Source: Candidatus Saccharimonadota bacterium (lineage in GTDB: Bacteria > Patescibacteriota > Saccharimonadia > Saccharimonadales > UBA4665). From it: a stretch of 32,000 bases of DNA. Position numbers and translations under genes: made by a program. The DNA is taken from assembly GCA_002952755.1 (NCBI GenBank), contig CP025011.1, forward strand, positions 750,001 to 782,000, given 5' to 3'. The notes under the pieces were generated by a model. That model did not search any database. It saw only the letters and a program-made list of their open reading frames with translations, and was not told where the DNA came from. Shown piece by piece: positions 1-12,405 of the stretch; the stretch's first letter is position 1, and each line of letters opens with the position of its first letter.

Positions 1-765
1 GTGCAGGCGCACACTGTCGCTAAGCTCATCGACCGCATGCATAAAATGCCTCCGGCGGCATTTGCGGCAGAAGTGGATGCTGTATTTACGCCCACACAGC
101 GGGACGAAGGTGCGAGCGACAAGCTCATTGATCTACTACAGACCAAGAGTATTGCACGCTTACCGGAAGTTGTACGTCAGGATAGTTCGGCGCTTGAGTT
201 GCAACAGTTGCTTCAGGTGCTGAGCAATGCTCGCATTACAAATGTCATGTTCGACCTCACGGTGATGCGTGGGTTTGACTACTATACGGGCATCGTCTTC
301 GAAATCTTCGATGAGAATCCTGATAATAACCGTTCGATGCTGGGTGGTGGTCGCTATGATGGATTGGTGGGACTGTTTGGTGTAGAGCCTGTGCCGACAG
401 TAGGTTTTGGTTTTGGTGACGTCACTTTACAGAATTTTATCGAAGGGCACAAACTCTTGCCGCCACCGCGTCCTGATACCGACTTATATGTGGTGCTCAT
501 TGGCAACGTCTTTACCGAAGCACAGAAAATTGTCGCTGATATGCGCGAAGCTGGTGTGAATGTGGCTATCGATATCAGCGGTGCCAAACCGGATAAGCAG
601 CTGAAGACTGCTGTCAAGAAAGCTATTCACTACGTGATGTTTGTCGGGGAAAAAGATTTACGCGACGAACAGTATGAAATCAAAAATCTCACGACCGGCA
701 TCTCCGAGCGTCACAGCGCTGCCCGTATTGTGAGTATCGTCAAAGATTACCGCGGCGACGAGTAG
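1..765 (+). CDS. hisS: histidyl-tRNA synthetase, C-terminal part (5'-truncated by window edge)
   Basis: ORF is open from base 1. It has the class II aaRS motif 3 context GGGRYDGLVGLFG, followed by an anticodon-binding-domain-like C-terminus (LYVVLIG...HYVMFVGEKDL). The GTG at base 1 is not a real start. Confidence 0.85.
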   Translation: MQAHTVAKLIDRMHKMPPAAFAAEVDAVFTPTQRDEGASDKLIDLLQTKSIARLPEVVRQDSSALELQQLLQVLSNARITNVMFDLTVMRGFDYYTGIVFEIFDENPDNNRSMLGGGRYDGLVGLFGVEPVPTVGFGFGDVTLQNFIEGHKLLPPPRPDTDLYVVLIGNVFTEAQKIVADMREAGVNVAIDISGAKPDKQLKTAVKKAIHYVMFVGEKDLRDEQYEIKNLTTGISERHSAARIVSIVKDYRGDE

Positions 766-786
766 CTCTTATTAGCCAGCTGCTCC

Positions 787-815
787 TTACTGAGTCTGGC
801 CAAACCGCTTCTAAT
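787..815 (+). promoter_or_regulatory. candidate sigma70-type promoter for tig (TTACTG-17 nt-TCTAAT)
   Basis: Hexamers at 787-792 and 810-815 with a 17-nt spacer, 18 nt upstream of the tig ATG. No clear SD follows. Confidence 0.3.
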
Positions 816-833
816 CTGTTACAGTCAGTCACT

Positions 834-2123
834 ATGCAAGTCACTAAAAAGAATTTATCTGATACTAAAGTACAACTAATCTTGGCAGCCGATGCCGAGT
901 TACTCCAAAGCGCGAAAGAAGAAACATTAAAAGAGTTTGCTAAAAACGCCAAGGTACAGGGCTTCCGCGAAGGCAAAGCGCCCCTGGCCATGGTCGAAAA
1001 GCAGGTCGACCCGGCGCGCCTGCAGACTGAGTTTATCGAGCATGCTATGAACCGGCTTTACGCCGCAGCACTCGATCAAGAGCGCCTGCGTCCCGTGGAG
1101 CAGCCTAAGGTCAAGGTGACTAAGTTTGTACCTTTCGACACCCTAGAGATAGAAGCTGAGGTGTCGATCGTGGGCGATATCTCACTGCCCGATTACAAAA
1201 AGGTGAAGATCGCAAAAGAGAAGGTGGCCGTTACCGCAAAGGATGTCGACGCTGTTATTGCCGACTTGCGGGCTCGTGAAGCCGACAAAAAAGATGTAGA
1301 CCGTGCGAGCAAAAACGGCGACATGGTGGTTATCGATTTTAAGGGCACCGATGCCAAAACCAACGAAGCGATCGCTGGTGCCGATGGTAAAAACTACCCG
1401 CTTAGCCTTGGCAGCAACACTTTTATCCCCGGCTTCGAACCAGAACTGCTGGGCCTGAAGGCCGGCGAAGAGAAGACCTTTACGGTCACGTTCCCGAAAG
1501 ATTACGGCACCACTTCACTCCAAAACCGCAAGGTAACTTTTGCAGTAAGTGTCAAGAAAGTTCAAGAGGCAACCGAGCCTAAACTCGACGACGCCTTTGC
1601 CACCAAAGTCGGCCCCTTTAAAACGGTCGCTGAGCTGAAGGATGATATTAAAAAAGAGCTTGCGAGCCGCAAAGAGCAGCAAAACGAGCAAGCGTATGCC
1701 GACGAAGTAATTACTAAGATTACCGAAAAGGCTAAGGTAGCTATTCCTGACGTGCTCATCGACGAGCAGGTTGAGCGTATCGAGCGTGATCTGCGCCAGG
1801 ACCTTATGTACCGGGGCCAAACCTGGCAGGAGTATCTCAAGGCAGAGGATCTTACCGAGGAAGCCTACCGCAAGAAGCAGCGGCCTACTGCCGAGATGCG
1901 CGTCAAGGCCGGCCTGGTCTTAAGCGAAATCTCCGAAAAAGAAAAGATCGACCTTAGCGCTGAAGAGTTGGATGCTCAGATAGCTCAACTCAAGGCACAA
2001 TACCCTGACGCTGCTATGCAGGCCGAACTTGCTAAGCCAGAAACGCGCCGTACCATCGCTTCGCGCATGCTTACCGACAAAACTATTGCTAAGCTCACCG
2101 CTTACGCTAGTGCCGCCAAATAA
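834..2123 (+). CDS. tig: trigger factor
   Basis: 429 aa. N-terminal ribosome-binding signature GFREGKAP and a central FKBP-type PPIase region (FIPGFEPELLGLKAGEEKTF). The classic tig-clpP linkage is present. Confidence 0.95.
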   Translation: MQVTKKNLSDTKVQLILAADAELLQSAKEETLKEFAKNAKVQGFREGKAPLAMVEKQVDPARLQTEFIEHAMNRLYAAALDQERLRPVEQPKVKVTKFVPFDTLEIEAEVSIVGDISLPDYKKVKIAKEKVAVTAKDVDAVIADLRAREADKKDVDRASKNGDMVVIDFKGTDAKTNEAIAGADGKNYPLSLGSNTFIPGFEPELLGLKAGEEKTFTVTFPKDYGTTSLQNRKVTFAVSVKKVQEATEPKLDDAFATKVGPFKTVAELKDDIKKELASRKEQQNEQAYADEVITKITEKAKVAIPDVLIDEQVERIERDLRQDLMYRGQTWQEYLKAEDLTEEAYRKKQRPTAEMRVKAGLVLSEISEKEKIDLSAEELDAQIAQLKAQYPDAAMQAELAKPETRRTIASRMLTDKTIAKLTAYASAAK

Positions 2124-2245
2124 TCACGTACAGTCAATCAGGTGGCCTCTCTTCAGTACGTTGAGTCGCAATCACCAGGCACATGGCTAGATCACGCGCT
2201 TCACCTCCTCATGCCATACCGGATTAGCAAGGTGGGAGAAGATAG

Positions 2246-2278
2246 AAACTAGCACTCTTGACTCATGAGTGCTAGTTT
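2246..2278 (+). promoter_or_regulatory. CIRCE-like inverted repeat (HrcA operator)
   Basis: AAACTAGCACTC-N9-GAGTGCTAGTTT is a perfect 12-bp inverted repeat. The core CTAGCACTC-N9-GAGTGCTAG matches the CIRCE consensus TTAGCACTC-N9-GAGTGCTAA at 16 of 18 positions. Confidence 0.7.
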
Positions 2279-2286
2279 CCTATACT
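2258..2286 (+). promoter_or_regulatory. clpP promoter TTGACT-17 nt-TATACT, overlapping the CIRCE element
   Basis: The -35 (2258-2263) lies inside the CIRCE spacer and the -10 is at 2281-2286. Only 7 nt separate the -10 from ATG 2294, which is leaderless geometry. Confidence 0.55.
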
Positions 2287-2293
2287 AAATAAT

Positions 2294-2905
2294 ATGAACA
2301 CACCACGAAGTATGCTAGTCCCAACCGTTATCGAGAGCGATGGCCGCATGGAGCGCGCCTACGACATTTTTTCACGCCTTCTAAAAGACCGCATTATTCT
2401 GCTCGGTAGTGAAGTGAACGAGACCACTGCCAACCTTATCGTTGCCCAACTGCTCTTCCTGCAGGCTGAAGACGCCAAAAAGGACATCTATTTTTACATT
2501 AACAGCCCGGGCGGCAGTGTGTATGACGCCATGGCTATTTACGACACAATGCAGTACGTAACTAACGATATACAAACTGTAGGTATCGGCATGCAAGCAT
2601 CCGCCGCAGCATTCTTGTTGAGCAGTGGTACTAAGGGGAAGCGTTTTGCACTCCCGAACGCTACCATCATGATTCATCAGCCATCGAGCGGCACCAGAGG
2701 CAAGGTGACCGACATGGAGATTGACCTCAAAGAGGGTTTGCGCTTGAAACGCCGACTTAACGAAATTATGGCAGCCAGCACCGGCCAAAAGATTGAAAAG
2801 ATCACCACAGATATGGAGCGTGATTACTGGATGAGCGCGGACGAAGCTCATAAGTACGGCATCATTGACAAAGTTATCACCACACCGCCAAAACAGGCTA
2901 AATAA
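2294..2905 (+). CDS. clpP: ATP-dependent Clp protease proteolytic subunit
   Basis: 203 aa. The N-terminus aligns with ClpP (VPTVIE...[16 protein letters not shown]). Catalytic contexts QASAAAF (Ser), IMIHQP (His) and ERDYWMS (Asp) are present. The start could be ATG 2294 or ATG 2312. Confidence 0.95.
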   Translation: MNTPRSMLVPTVIESDGRMERAYDIFSRLLKDRIILLGSEVNETTANLIVAQLLFLQAEDAKKDIYFYINSPGGSVYDAMAIYDTMQYVTNDIQTVGIGMQASAAAFLLSSGTKGKRFALPNATIMIHQPSSGTRGKVTDMEIDLKEGLRLKRRLNEIMAASTGQKIEKITTDMERDYWMSADEAHKYGIIDKVITTPPKQAK

Positions 2906-2917
2906 GAAGCTAAAGTA

Positions 2918-3526
2918 GTGATAGAACTGTTAGATGCCGCCACTGATCTTGTTGCCTTAAAGGCGCTCGATTACGACACGTGGCGTGCGACAATCTGGCA
3001 GCTAGTTGTTGCACAAAAGACGAGTACTGGCCTCAGCAGAGAATTGCCTATTCCCGCCGATGGATATCGTCATATGGATTCAGCCAAGGGGCGGCTGGAA
3101 AGAATTGCTCGAAATGCGACGAGACATCATTTGGCGGCCTACATCATAAAGTCATTAGAGAGCCAGGATGCCATCGGAATGGCAACCGCAATGCTGAGCG
3201 GAGTTCCTACTTCCGATGAATACAAAGGAGGGGTTGAGCTTTCATACTGGACCAGTGACTCCTATAAAAATACAGAGACCGGTCAAGCTATCGGAAGCGC
3301 CCTGGTGGGGCGCTTGGCCGAGGTGCCAGGCGCTGCACGATCCCACGGAGGTCTTTGGACGGTTACTCTGCCCGATGATCAAGTTAAAGCCGACGTATGG
3401 GGAGCGCTTGACTTTCAAACCCTTGGGCCTGCGCAGCGCTATGACATTGATGACAAAGTAGAGGAACCACGCCAACTCTGGGTGAGACCTTACGACTTAC
3501 GCCTCCAGCCCGAAATACGTGCTTGA
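2918..3526 (+). CDS. hypothetical protein, weak GNAT acetyltransferase-like motif
   Basis: 202-aa ORF with a GTG start 12 nt after the clpP stop. The segment VELSYWTSDSYKNTETGQAIGSALVGRLAE resembles GNAT motif A (Q-x-x-G-x-A). I recognise no other domain. Confidence 0.5.
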   Translation: MIELLDAATDLVALKALDYDTWRATIWQLVVAQKTSTGLSRELPIPADGYRHMDSAKGRLERIARNATRHHLAAYIIKSLESQDAIGMATAMLSGVPTSDEYKGGVELSYWTSDSYKNTETGQAIGSALVGRLAEVPGAARSHGGLWTVTLPDDQVKADVWGALDFQTLGPAQRYDIDDKVEEPRQLWVRPYDLRLQPEIRA

Positions 3527-3551
3527 CATTTGCGGAAGTACGCTCCATAAT
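3523..3551 (+). promoter_or_regulatory. rpoBC promoter TTGACA-17 nt-CATAAT
   Basis: Consensus -35 at 3523-3528 (overlapping the upstream stop codon), a 17-nt spacer, and -10 at 3546-3551. This implies a leader of roughly 195 nt before rpoB. Confidence 0.55.
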
Positions 3552-3752
3552 CCCAAGCTAAGAAGTAGTGTAAGCATGGGTAGTGCTATAGTCGTGATTC
3601 GCTTTCGACATAATATTGCGCCAAAAACGCCTAGCTTAGTTACCTTCGCGCGATAAAAACTTAACACACTAAGTATCAACTATCCTTGGCCCTAAAGTAC
3701 GTCAAGGTCTCTGCAAGTCGTGCTGGACTGCAGTGTAAGCACTAGGGGAATT

Positions 3753-6700
3753 ATGGCGAAAAGTACACTCAAGGACGCGGCTAACAAGAAGAGCGCGCGC
3801 GTATACTACACTCGTCAAGACGACGCGATCGACCTGGCCAATCTGGTCGACCATCAGAACAAGTCCTTCCAATGGTTTGTGGAAGAAGGCTTGGGTGAAC
3901 TGTTGGCTGAGATTAGTCCAATTGACGACTATACAAGCACCAAGCTTAGTCTCGTCTTTAAGGACTATCATTTCGAAGAACCTATAATGAGCGAGGCCGA
4001 GGCGCGCGAAAACAACGTCAGTTATGAAGCGCCACTCAAGGCCAAAGTAGAACTTACCAACAAAATCACCGGCGAAGTCAAAGAGCAGGAAATTTACCTG
4101 GGCAACTACCCTTGGATGACCAAGCGCGGCACGTTTGTGATTAACGGCGCCGAACGCGTGGTTGTATCACAACTTATCCGTTCAGCGGGTGTATTCTTTA
4201 CTGCCGATCAGCACGGTGCAACCAGTCTGTACGGTGCCAAGGTTATTCCTGGCCGCGGTGCGTGGCTTGAGTTTGAGACCGCTGCCGCCAGTGGTCTTTT
4301 TGTAAAAATTGATCGCAAGCGCAAAATTGCCGTTACCACCTTACTCCGCGCACTAGGTATGACCGAAGCGCAGATGAAGGATGCTTTCAAGCATGTTGAC
4401 ACAGGTAAGGTGAGTTACCTAGATGCCACTCTCGACAAAGACCCAACTCGCGGCCAAAGCGACGCCCTTATCGAGGTCTATCGCCGCTTGCGCCCTGGCG
4501 ATCTTGCTACCGTTGATAACGCCAAAGCGCTTATCGAAAATATGTTCTACAATTTTAAGCGTTTCGACTTTAGCCGCGTAGGCCGCTACAAAATCAACAA
4601 GCGCCTGAATCTGGACGTGCCGAACACTGCCGAAAATCGCGTCATGCGTCTCGACGACCTCGTCGCTATTGTTGCTGAGCTGATCCGCATGAACGTCAAT
4701 CAAGATCCTGCCGACGACATCGACTCGCTGGCTAACCGTCGCGTCAAACTCGTTGGCGAGTTAGTGCAGCGCCAGTTCCGTATCGGACTCCTGCGCATGG
4801 AACGCAACACCAAAGACCGTATGTCAATGTCCGAAATAGAGACCGTTACTCCCGGGCAGCTGATTAACGCCCGTCCGGTTGTTGCGGCGGTGCGCGAATT
4901 CTTCGCTTCCAGCCAATTGTCACAATTTATGGACCAGATCAACCCTCTGTCTGAGCTGGCCCACAAGCGTCGCCTGAGTTCCATGGGTCCAGGTGGTTTA
5001 TCGCGTGAGCGCGCCGGCTTTGAAGTTCGCGACGCCCACGCTACGCACTACGGCCGTATCTGCGCCGTCGAGACGCCGGAAGGTGCCAACATTGGTCTAG
5101 TCTCTAATCTCGCTAACTATGCACGTATTAACGAGTATGGCTTTATCGAAACTCCATACCGCAAGGTTATCAACGCGGTTACTCCTAAAGATGCTGTTGG
5201 CCACATTGCCCGGGAAGATCTGAAGGATGCCGACGGCAAGGTTGTTGTCAAAGCAGGCAAAACGATCACCAAAGACGATGCTGACAAGCTTGCCAAAATA
5301 GAAGGCCGCGCTACCTGGCCGGTTAAGGCTAAGGTAACTGACACTGTTGTATATCTCGATGCCGCCGCCGAAGAAGCCGCTGTTATCGCCGGCATCGGTA
5401 ACGAAGTCGACGAAAACGGTTACTTTGTAGAATCCCGCATCGGTGCTCGCACCGAACTGAAGCCGGGTGAAGCAGATGCCGACGATGTCACACACATGGA
5501 CGCTGCCCGCAATCAGATTATTGGCTCCAGCGCCGGTTTGATTCCATTTATCGAAAAGAATTACGTATATCGTTCCTTGATGGGTAGCAACCAGCAGCGT
5601 CAGGCAGTCCCGCTTATTCAGCCATCCGCTCCAATTGTTGGTACTGGTTTGGAAGGCGCCGCCGCCCGCAACACTGGTCAGATGATTTTGGCCGAAGACA
5701 ACGGTGAAGTTATCAAAGCTACCGCTCAACAAGTAGTTGTAAAGTACGCTGACGGCAATGTTACCTACGAGCCACAGCACTTCATTCGTTCCAACGAGGG
5801 CACCAGCATCAACCAAAAAGTTGTTGTAAATACCGGTGATAAAGTTGCCAAGGGCGATGTCCTTATCGAAGGTATGTCGATCCAAAATGGCGAATTGGCA
5901 CTCGGCAAAGACCTCTTAGCGGCATTTATGCCTTGGAATGGTTACAACTTTGAAGACGCCATCATCATCAGCCGCAAACTGGTCGAGGACGATACGCTCA
6001 CCTCTATTCATATCGTTGACTTCATGATCGAAGTCCGCGAGACCAAACTGGGGCCAGAAATTGTTACCCGCGATATTCCAAATGTTTCTGAAGACGCCCT
6101 GCGTCACCTCGATGACGACGGCATCGTACGCATTGGTGCGGAAGTACACCCCGGCGATATCTTGGTTGGGAAGATTACGCCAAAGGGTGAGCAAGAATTA
6201 AGCAGCGAAGAACGCCTGCTGCGCGCTATTTTCGGTGAAAAAGCCAAGGAAGTTCGCGATACCTCACAGCGCATGAGTAATGGCAAGCACGGGAAAGTGG
6301 TTGGCGTGAAGGTGTTTAGCCGCGAGAACGGTCACGAACTGAAGGCTGGCGTGCTGATGCAAATTCAGGTTTTTGTAGCCCAAATGCGCAAAATTAGCGT
6401 CGGCGACAAGCTTGGTGGACGCCACGGAAACAAGGGTGTTATTGCCCGCATTCTGCCTGTCGAAGACATGCCGTTCATGGGAGACGGCCGGCCGGTAGAC
6501 ATTATCCTAAACCCGCTCGGTGTACCGGCTCGTATGAACCTTGGCCAGATTTTTGAAACACACCTTGGTATGGCCGCCCAGGCACTTGGCATCAAAGTGG
6601 CAAGTCCATCGTTCAATGGTGTGCCAATTGCGAAGATTCAGTCTCTGCTTCAAGAAGCTGGTTTGCCAGAAGATGGGCGCCAGCAGCTGTACGATGGCCG

Positions 6701-7336
6701 TACTGGTGAAGCCTTTAGCGAGCGCGCGACCGTAGGAAGCATGTACATGATTAAGCTTAACCACATGGTGGCCGATAAGATTCACGCTCGCTCCACTGGT
6801 CCGTACACCATGGTTACCCAGCAGCCACTCGGCGGTAAGGCTCAGAATGGTGGTCAGCGCTTTGGAGAAATGGAAGTATGGGCACTTGAAGCCTACGGTG
6901 CCGCAACTACGCTGCAAGAAATGTTGACCATCAAATCCGACGACGTTTATGGACGCTCCAAGAGTTATGAATCGATCATCAAAAAGACACCAATTGTCGG
7001 TCCAAAAGTACCAGAAAGCTTTAATGTGCTCGTGAAAGAACTGCAAGGCCTCGGCCTCAAGGTTGACCTTGTAGCTTCCGACACCGTTGTTGATGCTGAA
7101 CAGGTCTTAGCGACTAATGTTCGTGATGAAGCCGAGCATATTTCCGATGTAGAGGTCCCTGCTCCCACTATCTCCGATGTAGATGTTACAGAGGAATCAG
7201 CCGTTGACGAATTTATGACTGTTGGCGACGTGACCGAAGACGGAAGCGTCGTGCCAACCGACTCAGACGACGATGACCTGGGGGATGACGATTTCGCCGT
7301 CACCGAAGAAGACACTAACGAAGAGGAGATTGCCTA

Positions 7337-7337
<1 letters not shown>
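3753..7337 (+). CDS. rpoB: DNA-directed RNA polymerase subunit beta
   Basis: Conserved beta blocks are present (GRHGNKGVIARI, NPLGVPARMNLGQIFETHLG, HARSTGPYTMVTQQPLGGKAQNGGQRFGEMEVWALEAYGA). I prefer ATG 3753, preceded by AGGGGAA, over the track start GTG 3720. There is an 84-aa acidic C-terminal tail. Confidence 0.95.
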
Positions 7338-11164
<3,827 letters not shown>

Positions 11165-11285
11165 TCCTGTTAGAATAGTACCTACATAGTAACATGCAGT
11201 CCGAGCCAGGGAAGTAAGGGTAGACAGAGTTGGCACTCGTTAACCCTCCCTGATTGCGCGTAGACCTGCAGAATAAGGAGCAATA

Positions 11286-11699
11286 ATGCCAACAATCAAT
11301 CAATTGATTCGCAAACCGCGGACCAAGGTGACTACCAAAAGCAAGTCACCAGCCATGCAGCGCGTGGTCAACAACCTCAAAACCAAGAACTACGAAAAGG
11401 CTTCACCGCTCAAACGCGGTGTCTGTGTCAAGGTAACTACCAAGACTCCTAAGAAGCCAAACTCAGCTCTCCGTAAAGTGGCGCGTGTTCGCCTCACCAA
11501 CGGCTACGAAGTCTGGGCATATATTGGCGGCGAAGGCCATAACCTGCAAGAGCATGCTGTCGTCCTGGTACGCGGTGGCCGTGTGAAAGATCTTCCGGGT
11601 GTACGCTACCACATCGTACGCGGTGCGCTTGACCTTCAAGGTGTCCAAAATCGCAAGAAGGGCCGTTCCAAGTACGGCGCAAAGAAGGAGTCTAAATAA
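11286..11699 (+). CDS. rpsL: 30S ribosomal protein S12
   Basis: 137 aa with [26 protein letters not shown] lies upstream. Confidence 0.97.
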   Translation: MPTINQLIRKPRTKVTTKSKSPAMQRVVNNLKTKNYEKASPLKRGVCVKVTTKTPKKPNSALRKVARVRLTNGYEVWAYIGGEGHNLQEHAVVLVRGGRVKDLPGVRYHIVRGALDLQGVQNRKKGRSKYGAKKESK

Positions 11700-12178
11700 T
11701 GCCTCGCCACAAGACTAAGGCTTTGGTTCGTGACGTTCAGCCAGATCGCCTTTATAACAGCGTCCAGATTGCCCGCTTGATCAACCGCGTCATGCGTGAC
11801 GGCAAGAAACAAGTTGCCGAACGCCTGGTATACACCGGCATGCAAAAGGCTGCCGACAAACTCAAAGTTGAGAATCCACTGGAAGTCTTCGACCAAGCTT
11901 TCAAGAATGTGCAGCCCCACATGGAAACTCGCTCCCGCCGGGTTGGTGGTGCTAACTACCAGATCCCATTCGAGGTAAAAGGCCAGCGTCAGAACCACCT
12001 CACCACGATGTGGTTCGTCGCCGCCGCCCGTTCCCGCAAGGGCATGAGCATGGCTGATCGTATCGCCCTTGAGCTCGTCGACGCATATAACAGCCAAGGT
12101 GCTGCCGTCAAGAAGAAGGAAGACACGCACAAGATGGCCGAAGCTAACCGTGCCTTCGCACACTTCGCCAGAGGGTAG
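11699..12178 (+). CDS. rpsG: 30S ribosomal protein S7
   Basis: 159 aa with an S7-like sequence (VGGANYQIPFEV). TAATG overlap with rpsL. Confidence 0.97.
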   Translation: MPRHKTKALVRDVQPDRLYNSVQIARLINRVMRDGKKQVAERLVYTGMQKAADKLKVENPLEVFDQAFKNVQPHMETRSRRVGGANYQIPFEVKGQRQNHLTTMWFVAAARSRKGMSMADRIALELVDAYNSQGAAVKKKEDTHKMAEANRAFAHFARG

Positions 12179-12179
12179 T

Positions 12180-12383
12180 ATGACTGAAAGAATCTGCTCC
12201 GACTTTCCCGCTAATTATTGGGAAGCGATCGAGGCTGACGTTCAGCCTAAACCGCCTATTGACCCAGGAAGTGATGATCTGACAATTCAACAGATAGCTA
12301 CTCTAAACCCTGTGACACCTGACCAAATAGCGGCTACGGGGCGGTGGATGGCTGAAGAAATGCGACGAATACGGGGTTTTTGA
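12180..12383 (+). CDS. small hypothetical protein (67 aa) inserted between rpsG and fusA
   Basis: ATG lies 1 nt after the rpsG stop, with GAGGG 5-9 nt upstream. Peptide: MTERICSDFPANYWEAIEADVQPKPPIDPGSDDLTIQQIATLNPVTPDQIAATGRWMAEEMRRIRGF. I recognise no family. The track ORF start at 12069 overlaps rpsG and was rejected. Confidence 0.45.
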   Translation: MTERICSDFPANYWEAIEADVQPKPPIDPGSDDLTIQQIATLNPVTPDQIAATGRWMAEEMRRIRGF

Positions 12384-12405
12384 CCTCTCAACATAAGGAG
12401 AACAT

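Noticed and set aside
3497-3679. 60-aa minus-strand ORF in the rpoB leader, and the small nested ORFs at 2980-3475
   Set aside because: They are short, lack start context, and overlap a promoter/leader or the 202-aa ORF. Nothing supports them as coding.
3720-3752. Track starts GTG 3720 (rpoB), ATG 19241 (rplC), GTG 22343 (rplV) and TTG 19093 (the minus-strand gene)
   Set aside because: Downstream ATGs give N-termini that match the protein families (MAKS.., MKALITRKVGMT, MSVQAIAKGVRMSPRK) and have better SD or promoter context. The longer versions overlap promoters or upstream genes.
5097-5885. Long minus-strand ORFs inside rpoB, rpoC, fusA, tuf and the r-protein genes (for example 5097-5885, 9725-10375, 11636-12163, 19941-20501, 25114-25689, 25757-26371, 26954-27520, 27378-28103)
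   Set aside because: All are antisense or frame-shifted shadows of strongly supported conserved genes. None has its own start context or a recognisable motif.
12069-12179. Track start (12069) of the 104-aa ORF, overlapping the rpsG 3' end
   Set aside because: The first 37 codons lie out of frame inside rpsG. ATG 12180, directly after the rpsG stop and preceded by GAGGG, is the plausible start.
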